From an uncultured beta proteobacterium (GTDB taxonomy: Bacteria > Pseudomonadota > Gammaproteobacteria > Burkholderiales > Casimicrobiaceae), in assembly GCA_963712105.1 (NCBI GenBank), contig CAVQGR010000014.1, positions 39,546 to 103,545 of the forward strand: 64,000 bases of DNA, written 5' to 3'. Below the pieces are notes generated by a model, which was not told where the DNA came from, did no database searches, and saw nothing but the letters and a program-made list of their open reading frames with translations. The translations under genes and the position numbers were made by a program. Position 1 is the stretch's first letter. Each line of letters starts with the position of its first letter. Positions 52,727 to 63,498 of the stretch are shown one piece after another.

Positions 52727-53827
52727 ATGCCGCCCGAAGCCGCGAACACGCCCGCGGAAGCACTCCGCATCGAAGGCGTTTACAAGAATTTCGGCGATTT
52801 CGTCGCATTGCGCGACATCGACCTGAGCATCGCCCAGGGTGAAATGGTCTGCTTCGTCGGCCCGTCCGGTTGTGGCAAGACGACGCTGCTGCGAATCATT
52901 GCCGGCCTGGAGTCGCAGACCCGCGGTCGGGTGATCCAGAACGGCCGCGACGTTTCGCATGCGCCGCCCGCCGCGCGAGACTACGGAATCGTATTCCAGT
53001 CCTACGCGCTGTTTCCCAACCTGACCATTACCGCCAATGTGGCGTACGGGCTGGTCAACCGGCGCCGCGCTCGCGTCGAGATTGCCGCGCGCGTGGCCGA
53101 GTTGCTGGAACTGGTCGGATTGCCCGACTCCGGCGCCAAGTATCCGGGGCAGCTCTCCGGCGGACAGCAACAGCGCGTGGCGCTGGCCCGCGCGCTGGCG
53201 ACCTCGCCGTCATTGCTGCTGCTCGACGAACCGCTGTCCGCGCTCGATGCCAAGGTCCGCGAGCACCTGCGCGGTGAGATCCGCATGCTGCAGCGTCGCC
53301 TGAACGTGACCACGGTGATGGTGACCCACGACCAGGAGGAAGCCCTGTCGATGTCCGATCGGGTGGTCGTGATGAATCGAGGCGGCATCGAGCAGATCGG
53401 CAGCCCGCAGGATGTCTACGAGCGCCCGGCCACGCCCTTCGTCGCCGACTTCCTGGGTACCGCGAGCGTGCTGTCCGGTACCAGCCTAGGCGGCGGGCGC
53501 TTTCGCGTCGGCGCGACCGAGATCACGCTGCCCGCGGCACAGTTCGCCAGCGGTGCGGCGGTGCATATCTACATGCGGCCCGAGGATAGGCACGTCGAGG
53601 GCGACCTGTCGGAACTGCCCAATCGCCTGTCCGGCCTCGTCCGTCGCATCGAATATCTGGGGACCGTCTGCCACGCCGAGGTGCAGTGCGCCGGCCTCGC
53701 CCAGACGGTGCTCATTTCGCTGTCGCTCAACCAGCTGCACGATTTGAATGTCCGCGAAGGGGAGAAACTTTCTTTTGCGCTGCGTCCGGATCGCGTGCGC
53801 GTGTTCCCGGTTTCGGCCGAGTCATGA
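52727..53827 (+). CDS. ABC transporter ATP-binding protein (AEP-type)
   Basis: Walker A GPSGCGKTT, signature LSGGQQQRVALARAL and Walker B LLLLDEP. Trimmed to the ATG at 52727. Confidence 0.88.
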   Translation: MPPEAANTPAEALRIEGVYKNFGDFVALRDIDLSIAQGEMVCFVGPSGCGKTTLLRIIAGLESQTRGRVIQNGRDVSHAPPAARDYGIVFQSYALFPNLTITANVAYGLVNRRRARVEIAARVAELLELVGLPDSGAKYPGQLSGGQQQRVALARALATSPSLLLLDEPLSALDAKVREHLRGEIRMLQRRLNVTTVMVTHDQEEALSMSDRVVVMNRGGIEQIGSPQDVYERPATPFVADFLGTASVLSGTSLGGGRFRVGATEITLPAAQFASGAAVHIYMRPEDRHVEGDLSELPNRLSGLVRRIEYLGTVCHAEVQCAGLAQTVLISLSLNQLHDLNVREGEKLSFALRPDRVRVFPVSAES

Positions 53828-55542
53828 CAGCCGCGGTGGCGCCACCTGTTGGCGTGACGCGCAAGGTCGCCTTCGAGAGCCTGGCAACACATGGTGGCTT
53901 GTGGCTGCTCGGCGCGGGACTGGTGGTGTTCCTGGCGTTGCCGCTGGCCACACTGCTGGTGCGCAGCTTCGAGGATCGAGCCGGGACGTTCATCGGCCTC
54001 GCCAACTTCGTCCAATACATCCAGACGCCCGCACTGGCGCATTCGACCTGGAACACGCTGACCTTTGCCGCGCTCACCACGCTGATCACCGTGCCGATGG
54101 CCTTCGTGTTCGCCTATGCGATCCAGCGCAGCTGCATCCCGGCCAAGGGTCTGTGGCGCAGCATCGCGCTGATCCCCATCCTGGCGCCGTCGCTGATGGC
54201 GGCGCTTTCGTTCATCTACCTGTTCGGCAACCAGGGCGCTTTCAAGGTCGTGCTGTCCTGGTTCGGCGTGGCGACCATCTATGGTTTGCCGGGCATGGTG
54301 CTGTCGATGAGTTTTGCGTCGTTCCCGCATGCGGTGATGATCCTGCTGGCCGGGTTGGCGTTGTCGGACGCGCGCCTCTATGAGGCGGCCGAGTCATTGG
54401 GTACGCGGCCGTGGCGCAGCTTCTTGACCATCACGCTGCCAGGCGCCAAGTACGGCCTGGTCTCGGCGGCGATGGTCGTGTTCACCATGGCGGTATCGGA
54501 GTTCGGCGTGCCCAAGGTGATCGGCGGTAACTATTCGGTGCTGGCCATCGACATCTACAAGCAGGTGATCGGGCAGCAGAACTTCCAGATGGGCGCGGTG
54601 GTTGGCCTGGTGCTGCTGCTGCCTGCGGTGGTGGCTTTCACCATTGACCGCCAGGTGCGCAGCCGGCAGCAGGCGCTGCTCACCGCGCGCAGCATCCCCT
54701 ATGCGCCGCGACCCGCACGCTGGCGCGACGCGCTGTGCCTCGCCTTCGTGCTGCTGATGTCGGCCGCGATGCTGCTGGTGATGGGCATGGCGGTGTTCGG
54801 CTCCTTCGTGAAATTCTGGCCCTACGACCTGTCGTTCACGCTCAACCATTATCTGTATGGGTTTGCCGAGGCAGGCGTCGAGCACGCCTACTGGAACAGT
54901 CTGAAGCTGGCCGCCTGGTGCGCCGTGCTTGGCGCCACGGTGACCTTTGCCGGCGCCTATTGGGTCGAAAAGACCAAGGGTGCGGCCTGGCTGCGCCCGG
55001 TGATCCGTTTCCAGGCAATGCTGCCGATGGCCGTTCCCGGCATGGTCCTCGGGATCGGCTACATCCTGTTCTTCAATGAACCCGGTAACCCGCTGTCATT
55101 CATGTATGGAACGATGGGAATCCTTGTCGCCTGCACCGTCGTTCACTTCTATTCGTCCAGCCACCTGACTGCCGTGACGGCGCTGAAGCAGCTAGACGGG
55201 GAGTTCGAGTCGGTGTCGGCATCGCTCAAGGTGCCGTTCTACAAGACGTTCTGGCGGGTCACCGTCCCCGTGTGTTTGCCGTCGGTGCTGGACATTGGCC
55301 GCTATTATTTCGTCAATGCGATGACAACGATTTCCGCAGTCGTATTCCTCTATTCGCCGAAGACCACGCTCGCGGCTATATCGATCCTGCAACTCGACGA
55401 GGCCGGCGCCATAGGATCGGCGGCGGCGATGGCGACGCTGATCGTCGTCACGTCAGGGACCGTCACCGTCGCCACGCTGGTCGTGGAATCCTGGTTGCTG
55501 CGCCGTACCCAGGGCTGGCGGCTGACGGCTCGCGGCGCCTGA
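53824..55542 (+). CDS. ABC transporter permease, fused double-domain
   Basis: A 572-aa protein with about 12 TM helices and two EAA-like permease halves. Its ATG forms an ATGA overlap with the ATPase stop. Confidence 0.82.
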   Translation: MTAAVAPPVGVTRKVAFESLATHGGLWLLGAGLVVFLALPLATLLVRSFEDRAGTFIGLANFVQYIQTPALAHSTWNTLTFAALTTLITVPMAFVFAYAIQRSCIPAKGLWRSIALIPILAPSLMAALSFIYLFGNQGAFKVVLSWFGVATIYGLPGMVLSMSFASFPHAVMILLAGLALSDARLYEAAESLGTRPWRSFLTITLPGAKYGLVSAAMVVFTMAVSEFGVPKVIGGNYSVLAIDIYKQVIGQQNFQMGAVVGLVLLLPAVVAFTIDRQVRSRQQALLTARSIPYAPRPARWRDALCLAFVLLMSAAMLLVMGMAVFGSFVKFWPYDLSFTLNHYLYGFAEAGVEHAYWNSLKLAAWCAVLGATVTFAGAYWVEKTKGAAWLRPVIRFQAMLPMAVPGMVLGIGYILFFNEPGNPLSFMYGTMGILVACTVVHFYSSSHLTAVTALKQLDGEFESVSASLKVPFYKTFWRVTVPVCLPSVLDIGRYYFVNAMTTISAVVFLYSPKTTLAAISILQLDEAGAIGSAAAMATLIVVTSGTVTVATLVVESWLLRRTQGWRLTARGA

Positions 55543-55576
55543 GCCGCCATCATTCGAACTTCCGGAACAATCGACC

Positions 55577-56722
55577 ATGAACCTTCATCCCCGCGATCCG
55601 ATACTGCTGACCCCCGGTCCCCTGACGACATCGCTGCCGACCAAGGCGGCGATGCTGCGCGACTGGGGCTCCTGGGATGATGCCTTCAACGCGGTCACCG
55701 CGCAGCTGCGCGCGAAGCTGATCGAGGTCATTCACGGCGGCGCCAGCCACGTCTGCGTCCCGCTGCAGGGTAGTGGAACCTTCGCGGTCGAGGCCGCGGT
55801 GAACACGCTGGTGCCGCGCGACGGTCATGTGCTGGTGTTGATCAACGGCGCCTATGGCAAGCGCCTTGCGAAACTGACGACCATGATGGGCAGGCGGATC
55901 AGCACGTTCGAGGCTGCCGACGACGTGACGATTACCGCGGCCGACGTCGACCGCCTGCTCAGCGCCGACACGTCGATCAGCCACGTCGCGCTGATTCACT
56001 GCGAGACGTCCACCGGAATAGAGAACCCGCTCGCGGAAATCGCCACGACGGTTGCCGGCCACGACAGGCGGTTGATCGTCGATGCGATGAGTTCGTTCGG
56101 CGCGTTGCCCATCGATGCACGCACGATCCCCTTCGATGCGCTGATCGCCGCGTCGGGAAAATGCATCGAAGGTCCGCCCGGCATGGGCTTCGTGTTCGTC
56201 CGTCGCGAAGCCCTGGAAAAGAGCGCGGGGAACTGCTCGTCGCTGGCGCTCGATCTGCACGACCAGTGGGTGTACATGGAGAAGACCACGCAGTGGCGCT
56301 TCACGCCGCCTACGCATATCGTGGTTGCGCTCAACACCGCGCTCGACCAGTTCATTGCCCAGGGTGGACAACCGGCGCGGCTGGCGCGTTACACGGCCAA
56401 CTGTGCGACGCTGGTCGCCGGCATGAAGGAGCTGGGTTTCGCGCCATTTCTGCCCGCCGCCATCCAGGCCCCGATCATCGTCACTTTTCACGCGCCTGAG
56501 GATGCGCGCTACACGTTTCGTGATTTCTACGAACGGGTACGCGAAAAGGGCTTCATCCTTTATCCAGGCAAGCTCACGCAGGTGGAGACGTTTCGCGTCG
56601 GCTGCATCGGCGCGATCGGCCCGATCGAGTTGCGGCATGCGGTCAATGCGATTCGCGATACGCTGTCGGAAATGGGAATCAGTACCGTCAGCCTCGCCCA
56701 GGGGAAACGTGTGGCGGGCTGA
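55577..56722 (+). CDS. phnW: 2-aminoethylphosphonate--pyruvate transaminase
   Basis: [12 protein letters not shown]-terminus with the class-V aminotransferase pattern. The gene lies beside the AEP transporter and the phnY/phnA genes. Confidence 0.85.
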   Translation: MNLHPRDPILLTPGPLTTSLPTKAAMLRDWGSWDDAFNAVTAQLRAKLIEVIHGGASHVCVPLQGSGTFAVEAAVNTLVPRDGHVLVLINGAYGKRLAKLTTMMGRRISTFEAADDVTITAADVDRLLSADTSISHVALIHCETSTGIENPLAEIATTVAGHDRRLIVDAMSSFGALPIDARTIPFDALIAASGKCIEGPPGMGFVFVRREALEKSAGNCSSLALDLHDQWVYMEKTTQWRFTPPTHIVVALNTALDQFIAQGGQPARLARYTANCATLVAGMKELGFAPFLPAAIQAPIIVTFHAPEDARYTFRDFYERVREKGFILYPGKLTQVETFRVGCIGAIGPIELRHAVNAIRDTLSEMGISTVSLAQGKRVAG

Positions 56723-57611
56723 GCGCGGCGCGATCGCATAGCGCCTGCAGCGGCGACAACCACGTCGCGGCTTCGGCGAATACCCGCAGTCGCAGCAGGC
56801 AGTCGAGGGCGACCAGGCTCGCGTCTGCGGTCACCTCGTCCGTGCCTGCCTGGAGACCGATCAGCCGGGCAGCCTCCGCCAGATCGACCAGCCGATGTCC
56901 GCAGGCTTCGCCGTCCTGGCTTGCCGGCACGAACGTGGCGGGGAGATCGAGATCGTGCGTGTAGATGGTTTCGCGCTGCAGTCCGTCGGGCTGATCGCGG
57001 CACAGTGAAAGCGTTCCCGTGCGGCGTGCGGTTCTCGCCAGCGGCGCCGCGATGCCGGCTTCCTCCCAAGCTTCGCCGACCACGGTGGCGGACACCGTGG
57101 CACCGGCGCGAATGCCGCCGCCAACGAGATTGTCGAGCATGCCCGGATCGATCGCCTTGACTGGGCTGCGGCGCGCGAACCACATGCGTGTTCCGCCTTT
57201 GCCGCGAACGAGGCCATTGACGTGCGCGGCCCAGGTGCGCACGCCGAAATAGCGTGCCGCGGCGCGTTCGAGCAGGAACCAGGGTGCCGTGCCGAATTCC
57301 GGCCGCACGCCATAGCGCTCGTCGCGCCAGGCGCTGAGCGCGCCCTCGGCGGCGAGCGCGCTGGTGACCTCGGCAATCGCCTCGTTGCGTGAGTCGACGC
57401 TCGCCAGTGCCGGAGCGAAACGGATGCCGCCGGCATCCAATTGGAAAATCCGGCTGAACTCCAGCAGGCGCGCGACCCGGTCCGGCGTCACGTATCCGAC
57501 CGTCTGGCCGTCCAGGCGAAGCGTGGCGTAATCGCGCGTGGGCGTCGCCAGCATCCGCGAAAGGCGCTCGACGATGGCCGCCGCAGCCGCAGTGGTCGGG
57601 GCATCATGCAT
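56688..57611 (-). CDS. NUDIX-family hydrolase with an N-terminal DUF4743-like domain (degenerate Nudix box)
   Basis: Nudix-box region [23 protein letters not shown]. The EExGU tail is intact, but Ala replaces the first Glu and Gly replaces the Arg of REUxEE. Trimmed to the ATG at 57611. The 3' end overlaps phnW by 35 nt. Confidence 0.55.
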   Translation of the reverse strand: MHDAPTTAAAAAIVERLSRMLATPTRDYATLRLDGQTVGYVTPDRVARLLEFSRIFQLDAGGIRFAPALASVDSRNEAIAEVTSALAAEGALSAWRDERYGVRPEFGTAPWFLLERAAARYFGVRTWAAHVNGLVRGKGGTRMWFARRSPVKAIDPGMLDNLVGGGIRAGATVSATVVGEAWEEAGIAAPLARTARRTGTLSLCRDQPDGLQRETIYTHDLDLPATFVPASQDGEACGHRLVDLAEAARLIGLQAGTDEVTADASLVALDCLLRLRVFAEAATWLSPLQALCDRAALSPPHVSPGRG

Positions 57612-57710
57612 CCGGTTGATTCTAGCGCTGCCGCATTCTGCTGCGTCCTGCACGGCGGGCGCAGCGGCAGCACCTGCTAAAATGCGCGCCCCCACACTCT
57701 TTGGTTGCCC

Positions 57711-58574
57711 ATGAGCGCACGCATCATCGATGGCAAGGCGGTCGCCCAACGCGTTACCGACGAAGTGCGCGCCGGGGTGGCCGCGCATGTCGCCGACGGT
57801 CATCCTGCGCCGGGGCTCGCCGTTGTCCTGGTCGGTGACAGCGCGGCGTCGCAGGTCTACGTGCGCAGCAAGCGCCGGACCACCGAGGCCGTGGGCATGC
57901 GCTCATTTGCCCATGACCTTCCGGCGACAGTGCCGGAGGCGCAACTGCTTGAACTGGTGGACCGGCTGAACGCCGATCCCGCGGTGGACGGCATCCTGGT
58001 CCAGCTGCCGCTGCCCAAGCAGATCGACCCCGAGCGCGTGATCGAACGCATCGATCCGGCCAAGGACGTCGATGGATTCCATCCCTACAATGTCGGCAGG
58101 CTGGTGCTCAAGATGCCCACACTGCGCCCGTGCACGCCCTATGGCTGCATGCGCCTGCTGGAGGAAACCGGACAGAATCTGGCCGGAATGCATGCGGTAA
58201 TCATCGGCCAGTCGAACATCGTCGGTCGCCCGATGGCGCTGGAACTGCTGATGGCGCGTTGCACGGTGACCATTTGCCATTCGGCGACCCGCGATCTCCC
58301 GGGCCTGGTTCGGCAGGCGGACATCGTCGTTGCCGGGGTGGGCAAGCCGAAGTTCGTTCCCGGGGATTGGGTCAAGCCGGGCGCGATCGTCATCGATGTC
58401 GGCATCAACCGGCTGTCCGACGGCAAGCTGTGCGGCGACGTCGACTTCGATGCCGCGCGCGAGGTCGCTGGCTGGATCACCCCGGTGCCCGGCGGCGTGG
58501 GGCCGATGACCATCGCCACGCTGCTGGCCAACACGCTGCGCGCCGCGCAGTTGCGGCTGGCGCGCGCTGGTTGA
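57711..58574 (+). CDS. folD: Bifunctional methylenetetrahydrofolate dehydrogenase/cyclohydrolase
   Basis: [13 protein letters not shown] is collinear with E. coli FolD, with [14 protein letters not shown] and GGVGPMT motifs. I prefer the ATG at 57711 over the TTG at 57705. Confidence 0.95.
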   Translation: MSARIIDGKAVAQRVTDEVRAGVAAHVADGHPAPGLAVVLVGDSAASQVYVRSKRRTTEAVGMRSFAHDLPATVPEAQLLELVDRLNADPAVDGILVQLPLPKQIDPERVIERIDPAKDVDGFHPYNVGRLVLKMPTLRPCTPYGCMRLLEETGQNLAGMHAVIIGQSNIVGRPMALELLMARCTVTICHSATRDLPGLVRQADIVVAGVGKPKFVPGDWVKPGAIVIDVGINRLSDGKLCGDVDFDAAREVAGWITPVPGGVGPMTIATLLANTLRAAQLRLARAG

Positions 58575-58593
58575 ACGCGGCCCGGAGCGCAGG

Positions 58594-59964
58594 CTAGGGC
58601 TGTTTCAGATGCCAGGCCTTCGGGCGGGTGAAGGTCTGGATGCCGTAGGTGGACAGCGTCAGGCCGATGCCCGAGTGTTTGACGCCTGACCAGGGCAGGC
58701 GCGGGCTCACCCGGTCGCAACAATTCCAGTAGACCGTGCCGGCGTGTACCTGCTTCAGGACGCGCCGCGCGCGCTTTTCGTCCGCGCTGTAGACGCCGGC
58801 GGTGAGTCCGTAGTCGGAATCGTTCATCAGGTCGACGGCAGCGTCGTCGTCGGCGACGGCCTGCAGGCCGATGATCGGCCCGAACGATTCCTCGCGCATC
58901 AGCAGCATCGAGTGATCGACATCGCCCAGTACCGTCGGTGCGAACCAGTTGCCGCGGCCCCTGATCACGCCACCGCCGACGAGCAGCTTCGCGCCTTTGC
59001 GCTTGGCATCCGCGACCTGCTTTTGCAGTATCGCGATCTGCGCCGGCCGGGTGATCGCGCCGATGTAGGTGGATTCGTCCAGCGGATCGCCGACCTTGAA
59101 GCCCTTGACCTCGGCGACGAAGGCGGCGACGAAGGCGTCATAGATCCCCTCGTGCACGTAGATGCGCTCGACCGCGCAGCATGACTGGCCCGTGTTGTAG
59201 AAGGCCCCATCGGCGATGGCCGCCGCTGCGGCCTTGACGTTGACGTCATCGCATACGTAGATCGGATCCTTGCCGCCCAATTCGAGCTGGGTCTTGATCA
59301 TCCTGGATCCCGTGCTTGCGGCGATCTTCGCCCCGGTGGCGTAGGAACCCGTGAAGAACACACCGTCAACCGGCTGACGCAACAGGGCAGTACCGGTCTT
59401 GCCGTCGCCGATGACGAGCGCGAAGACATCGTCAGGGACCCCGGCCTGATGCATCATGTTGGCGATGTGCATTCCCGTAAGCGTCGCGTACTCGGAAGGC
59501 TTGTACAGCACTGCATTGCCCGCTGCGAGGGCAGGCACGAACACGTTGCCGCCGACAAAATACGGGTAATTCCAGGCGGAGATATTGGCGATCACGCCCA
59601 GCGGATCGTGGCCGATACGCTCCTCCAGCCCGCCCTCCGCATCGGCGAAGACCTTCTCGTCGCGCAATGTGCGCTCGGTTTCGGCAAGGAAAAAGGCCAG
59701 TCGGGCGACCAGTCCGGCCAGCTCGTTACGCGACTGGCGGATCGGTTTGCCTACTTCGTGGGTCAGCGTGCGTGCGAGTTCCGGTCCACGTTCGACCAGG
59801 AGGTCGCGAAACCGTGTCAGCGCAGCAAGGCGCTTGCGAATCGGCAGCGCAGCCCATCGGGGTTGAGCCGTGCGTGCGCGTTCGAACTTGGCGCGAACGT
59901 CGGCGGAACTGTCGGCGACGAGGTCGGCCAGCAAGGCGCCTGTCGCGGGATTGACGATTTTCAT
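58594..59964 (-). CDS. Aldehyde dehydrogenase family protein
   Basis: LELGGKDP motif and the catalytic Cys in NTGQSCCAVER. The protein is 456 aa. Confidence 0.9.
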   Translation of the reverse strand: MKIVNPATGALLADLVADSSADVRAKFERARTAQPRWAALPIRKRLAALTRFRDLLVERGPELARTLTHEVGKPIRQSRNELAGLVARLAFFLAETERTLRDEKVFADAEGGLEERIGHDPLGVIANISAWNYPYFVGGNVFVPALAAGNAVLYKPSEYATLTGMHIANMMHQAGVPDDVFALVIGDGKTGTALLRQPVDGVFFTGSYATGAKIAASTGSRMIKTQLELGGKDPIYVCDDVNVKAAAAAIADGAFYNTGQSCCAVERIYVHEGIYDAFVAAFVAEVKGFKVGDPLDESTYIGAITRPAQIAILQKQVADAKRKGAKLLVGGGVIRGRGNWFAPTVLGDVDHSMLLMREESFGPIIGLQAVADDDAAVDLMNDSDYGLTAGVYSADEKRARRVLKQVHAGTVYWNCCDRVSPRLPWSGVKHSGIGLTLSTYGIQTFTRPKAWHLKQP

Positions 59965-59976
59965 GGCTTCGACTCT

Positions 59977-60765
59977 CTAAAGGGCATAGGCGGAAGACTT
60001 GTGGCGCAGGGTAGCGGCGAGGAAATCGTCCAGCAGCGGCGTGTCATCGAACCAGGTGACATCTCCAGGGGGATGAAACTCGGGGTGCCATTGCACGCCG
60101 AGCAGATACGAGGGGCCGCGCCAGCGGATCGCCTCGACGATCCGGTCGGGCTCCGACCACGCTTCAACCTCGAGATCGCGGCCGAGATCCTTCAGCGCCT
60201 GATGATGGACCGAATTGATCCTGAACAAGCCAAGCCCGGGGTACAGCGCAGCCAACCCGGATCCCGGGACCAGCGACGCTGCGTGGCAATTCTTCTCGTA
60301 GATTTCCTGCAGCCGATGCCGCAGCGCGTCGGGGCGCTGCGTCGCAATATCTTGATATAGCGTGCCGCCCATGGCCACATTGATGACCTGCGCCCCCCGG
60401 CAAAGTCCAAGGACAGGCTTGCCCCGCGCAACGAAGGCGCGCAGCAGCGCGATTTCGTAGTCGTCGCGGATGCGATCGCCGTTCCAGGCCGGGGAAAGCG
60501 GGGATTCACCATACGACGCCGGACACATGTCCACGCCGCCCATGAGCACCAGCGCGTCGAGTTCGTGCGCGTAGTCGTCCAGTTTGACGCGGCTGCCGGG
60601 ACGGCGCGTCGCCCCCTCGGGCGATGGAATCATCAACGCCAGCACTTCGCGCTGCATCAACCAGTGCGCGACGTTCTGCTCGATGTACTGCAGCGTCATG
60701 CCCGGAAAGACGCGGCGCGGTTCCTCGCTGTGGAAAAAACACGCCGATATGCCGATTTTCAGCAT
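59977..60765 (-). CDS. Gamma-glutamyl-amide hydrolase (peptidase C26 / class-I glutamine amidotransferase-like, PuuD-type)
   Basis: Nucleophile context GLCRGAQVINVAMGGTL and the histidine motif SVHHQAL. Trimmed to the ATG at 60765. Confidence 0.82.
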   Translation of the reverse strand: MLKIGISACFFHSEEPRRVFPGMTLQYIEQNVAHWLMQREVLALMIPSPEGATRRPGSRVKLDDYAHELDALVLMGGVDMCPASYGESPLSPAWNGDRIRDDYEIALLRAFVARGKPVLGLCRGAQVINVAMGGTLYQDIATQRPDALRHRLQEIYEKNCHAASLVPGSGLAALYPGLGLFRINSVHHQALKDLGRDLEVEAWSEPDRIVEAIRWRGPSYLLGVQWHPEFHPPGDVTWFDDTPLLDDFLAATLRHKSSAYAL

Positions 60766-60787
60766 GGACTGGTCGACCCGACCGCGC

Positions 60788-61957
60788 CTAGAACGCGGCG
60801 TTGAACAGCCGCTCGAAGTCGATGGCGGTGCAGGGTCGTGGATTGGTGTTGTGGCAGATGTCGGCCACGGCAATCTCGACCAGGCGCGGCATTTCGGCGG
60901 CGGTCAACGGCCGCGCCGCGCGGTGTTCGGAAAGCCTGGCCGGAATGCCGAGCTGCGATTTCAATTGCGTCAGCCACGACACGAACGCCTGCGCCCGCGC
61001 TTCCACCGAGCCCGAATCACCGCCTGGCGCGCCGACCACTCGGGCGAGCTCGGCCATTTTTTCCGTCGCTACGGGAAGGTTGAAGCGCATCACATGGTCG
61101 ATCATGATGCCGTTGGCGAGTCCGTGGTGCAGGTCGAAGACCGTGGACAGCGCGTGCGCGCAGGAATGTACGGCGCCCAGGTCCTTCTGGAAAGCGATGG
61201 CGCCCATCATCGAACTCATCAGCATGTCGGCGCGTGCGGGCAGGTCGCGCCCGTTCGCGAACGCAACGGGCAGGGCGCGGGCGGCGATGCGCGCACCCTC
61301 CAGCGCAATGCCGTCGCACAGCGGATGGTAGGCGGGGGACAGATAGGACTCGACATTGTGCGTAAGCGCGTCCATGCCCGTCGCCGCGGTGATCGGTCCG
61401 GGCAGGTCCAGCGTCAGCTCGGGGTCGGCGTAGACGGCCCTGGCAAGCAGCAACGGCGAAAAGATGATGCGCTTGACGTGGGTGACGTCATCGCCGATCA
61501 CCGACGAGCGTCCGACTTCGGAGCCGGTGCCGGCGGTGGTCGGCAGCGCGACGAACCAGGGAAACGCCCGATCCATCGGTCTCACCTGCGGGTGGTCCCA
61601 CGCGTATTCGAGGATGTCGCCAGGGTGCGCGGCCATCAGCGCAATGGCCTTGGCGACGTCGAGCGCAGCGCCGCCGCCGAGTCCGATCACCGCATCGGCC
61701 GAATGCGCGTTGTACGCCTGCGCCCCGGCCATCACCTGGCTGCGCACCGGATTGCCGGCGACCTCGGAAAAGACCGCGACGTCGAGCCCCGTCAACTCGG
61801 CAATGAAGGCAGGCAGCAGCGGCAGCGCGGCGATGCCGCGGTCGGTGACCAGCAACGGCCGGGCGATGCCCTGCGCCTTGAGATCGTCGGCGACGCGGTG
61901 GCGCGCGCCGGCGCCGAAATGGATGGTGGTCGGAAAGGCGAAACGTTCGATGGCCAT
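60788..61957 (-). CDS. Iron-containing (group III) alcohol dehydrogenase
   Basis: GLGGGAALDVAKA motif, with histidine-rich metal-site segments (HNVESYL, HSCAHAL, HHGLANG). Confidence 0.9.
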   Translation of the reverse strand: MAIERFAFPTTIHFGAGARHRVADDLKAQGIARPLLVTDRGIAALPLLPAFIAELTGLDVAVFSEVAGNPVRSQVMAGAQAYNAHSADAVIGLGGGAALDVAKAIALMAAHPGDILEYAWDHPQVRPMDRAFPWFVALPTTAGTGSEVGRSSVIGDDVTHVKRIIFSPLLLARAVYADPELTLDLPGPITAATGMDALTHNVESYLSPAYHPLCDGIALEGARIAARALPVAFANGRDLPARADMLMSSMMGAIAFQKDLGAVHSCAHALSTVFDLHHGLANGIMIDHVMRFNLPVATEKMAELARVVGAPGGDSGSVEARAQAFVSWLTQLKSQLGIPARLSEHRAARPLTAAEMPRLVEIAVADICHNTNPRPCTAIDFERLFNAAF

Positions 61958-62009
61958 GGTGCTCTGCGGAAGTGGACGGGGACGCGGGGACGGAAACGCG
62001 GCGGCCGCG

Positions 62010-63383
62010 TCAGATGATTTCGAAATAGCGCTTGAGTTCCCAGTCGGTGACGGCGTCCAGCCACTGGCGCCACTCCCATTCCCGGGTCGCGGCGAAGTGG
62101 TCGACGAAGTCGTCGCCGAACCAATCGCGGGCGAGTTCGGAATCGCGGAAGACGCGCGTGGTTTCGATCAGCGTGCGCGGCGCGCGCGGAACATCCTCGG
62201 CGCCTTCGTTGGTTCCGGTGATCGGCTTGGCGGTCAGCTTGAGATTCTTTTCGACGCCGGAGAGGCCCGCGGCCAGCACTGCCGCCATGGCCAGATAGGG
62301 ATTGACGTCGGCTCCGGGGCAGCGTGTCTCCAGCCGCGTGGACTTGGGCGAGCCCGGAATCACCCTGAAGCTTGCGGTGCGGTTGTCGACGCCCCAGGTG
62401 GGTTTCACCGGCGCCCAGAAGCCGTCGACCAGGCGCTTGTAGCTGTTGACGGTCGGCCAGAACATCGGTGCCAATTCCATCAATCCGCCAACCTGGCCGG
62501 CGAGGTAGTGCTCGAACAGCTTGCTCATTCCATGCCGTCCCTTGGGGTCGTAGAAACGGTTGACCTTGCCGTCGGACAGCGACTGATGGATATGCCCGGA
62601 ACAGCCGGGATATTTCGCGCTCCATTTGGCCATGAAACTCGGCATGATGTCGAAGCGCGATCCGATTTCCTTGGCGCCGGACTTGAACAGGATGGCGCGG
62701 TCGGCGGCCTCCAGCGCTTCGGAGAACAGGATCGCCACTTCGTAGACGCCGGGACCCGTTTCGGTGTGCAGCCCTTCGATGGGAATGCCGAAGGCGCCGA
62801 GTTCGTCGAACAGCGCAGCAAAGTAGGGCTGCGCCGAGTTGGCACGAAGCAGTGAATAGCCGAACATCCCCGGCGTGATCGGCTCGGGCGCGATGCCCTG
62901 TTTCGCGGCCCAGGACTGCGGCGTCTCGGCGAAATTGAACCACTCGAACTCCATGCCGCACATCGGCTTGACGCCGAGCTTCTCTGCCCGCTTCAGCACC
63001 CGCTTGAGCACCTGGCGCGGACACAGTGGAAACGGCGCTTCGCGGCCGTCCTTCTGCCAGACGAATTCGCCCAGGAAAAACGGCACGTCGTCGTCCCAGG
63101 GCACGGTCCGGTAGGTGCCCAGGTCGATGCGCGCCAGCGCATCCGGATAGCCCTTGTGCCAGCCGGTGAGCTTGGTGTTGTCGTAGCAGACGTCCTGCGA
63201 GTCCCAGCCGAACACGACGTCACAGAAGCCGAAGCCTCCGTCCGCCGCCGACAGGAACTTGTCCTTGTGCATGTACTTGCCGCGCAGGATGCCGTCGATG
63301 TCCGATACCGCGACTTTCACGCGCGTGCCGGGTGCTTTCCGGACCGCATCGATGACTTTCGCGGGGGTTGTCGGGGTCGGCAT
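62010..63383 (-). CDS. Glutamine-synthetase-family gamma-glutamyl-amine ligase (PuuA/IpuC/GlnA4-like)
   Basis: A 457-aa protein with the GS catalytic-domain pattern (GMEFEWFNF, HTETGPGVYEVA, PGCSGHIHQSL, NSYKRL). Trimmed to the ATG at 63383, which has a GGAG ribosome-binding site. Confidence 0.82.
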   Translation of the reverse strand: MPTPTTPAKVIDAVRKAPGTRVKVAVSDIDGILRGKYMHKDKFLSAADGGFGFCDVVFGWDSQDVCYDNTKLTGWHKGYPDALARIDLGTYRTVPWDDDVPFFLGEFVWQKDGREAPFPLCPRQVLKRVLKRAEKLGVKPMCGMEFEWFNFAETPQSWAAKQGIAPEPITPGMFGYSLLRANSAQPYFAALFDELGAFGIPIEGLHTETGPGVYEVAILFSEALEAADRAILFKSGAKEIGSRFDIMPSFMAKWSAKYPGCSGHIHQSLSDGKVNRFYDPKGRHGMSKLFEHYLAGQVGGLMELAPMFWPTVNSYKRLVDGFWAPVKPTWGVDNRTASFRVIPGSPKSTRLETRCPGADVNPYLAMAAVLAAGLSGVEKNLKLTAKPITGTNEGAEDVPRAPRTLIETTRVFRDSELARDWFGDDFVDHFAATREWEWRQWLDAVTDWELKRYFEII

Positions 63384-63498
63384 GGGGAGGCTCCTGGCAA
63401 TTCGGCATGGGCGGGGCAGGCAGGCGATTCTAGCGCAGCGGTGCAGGCCCGATGGCATGATGCGACAGCCTGAAGCACACGCTGCCTGCGGATTCACC

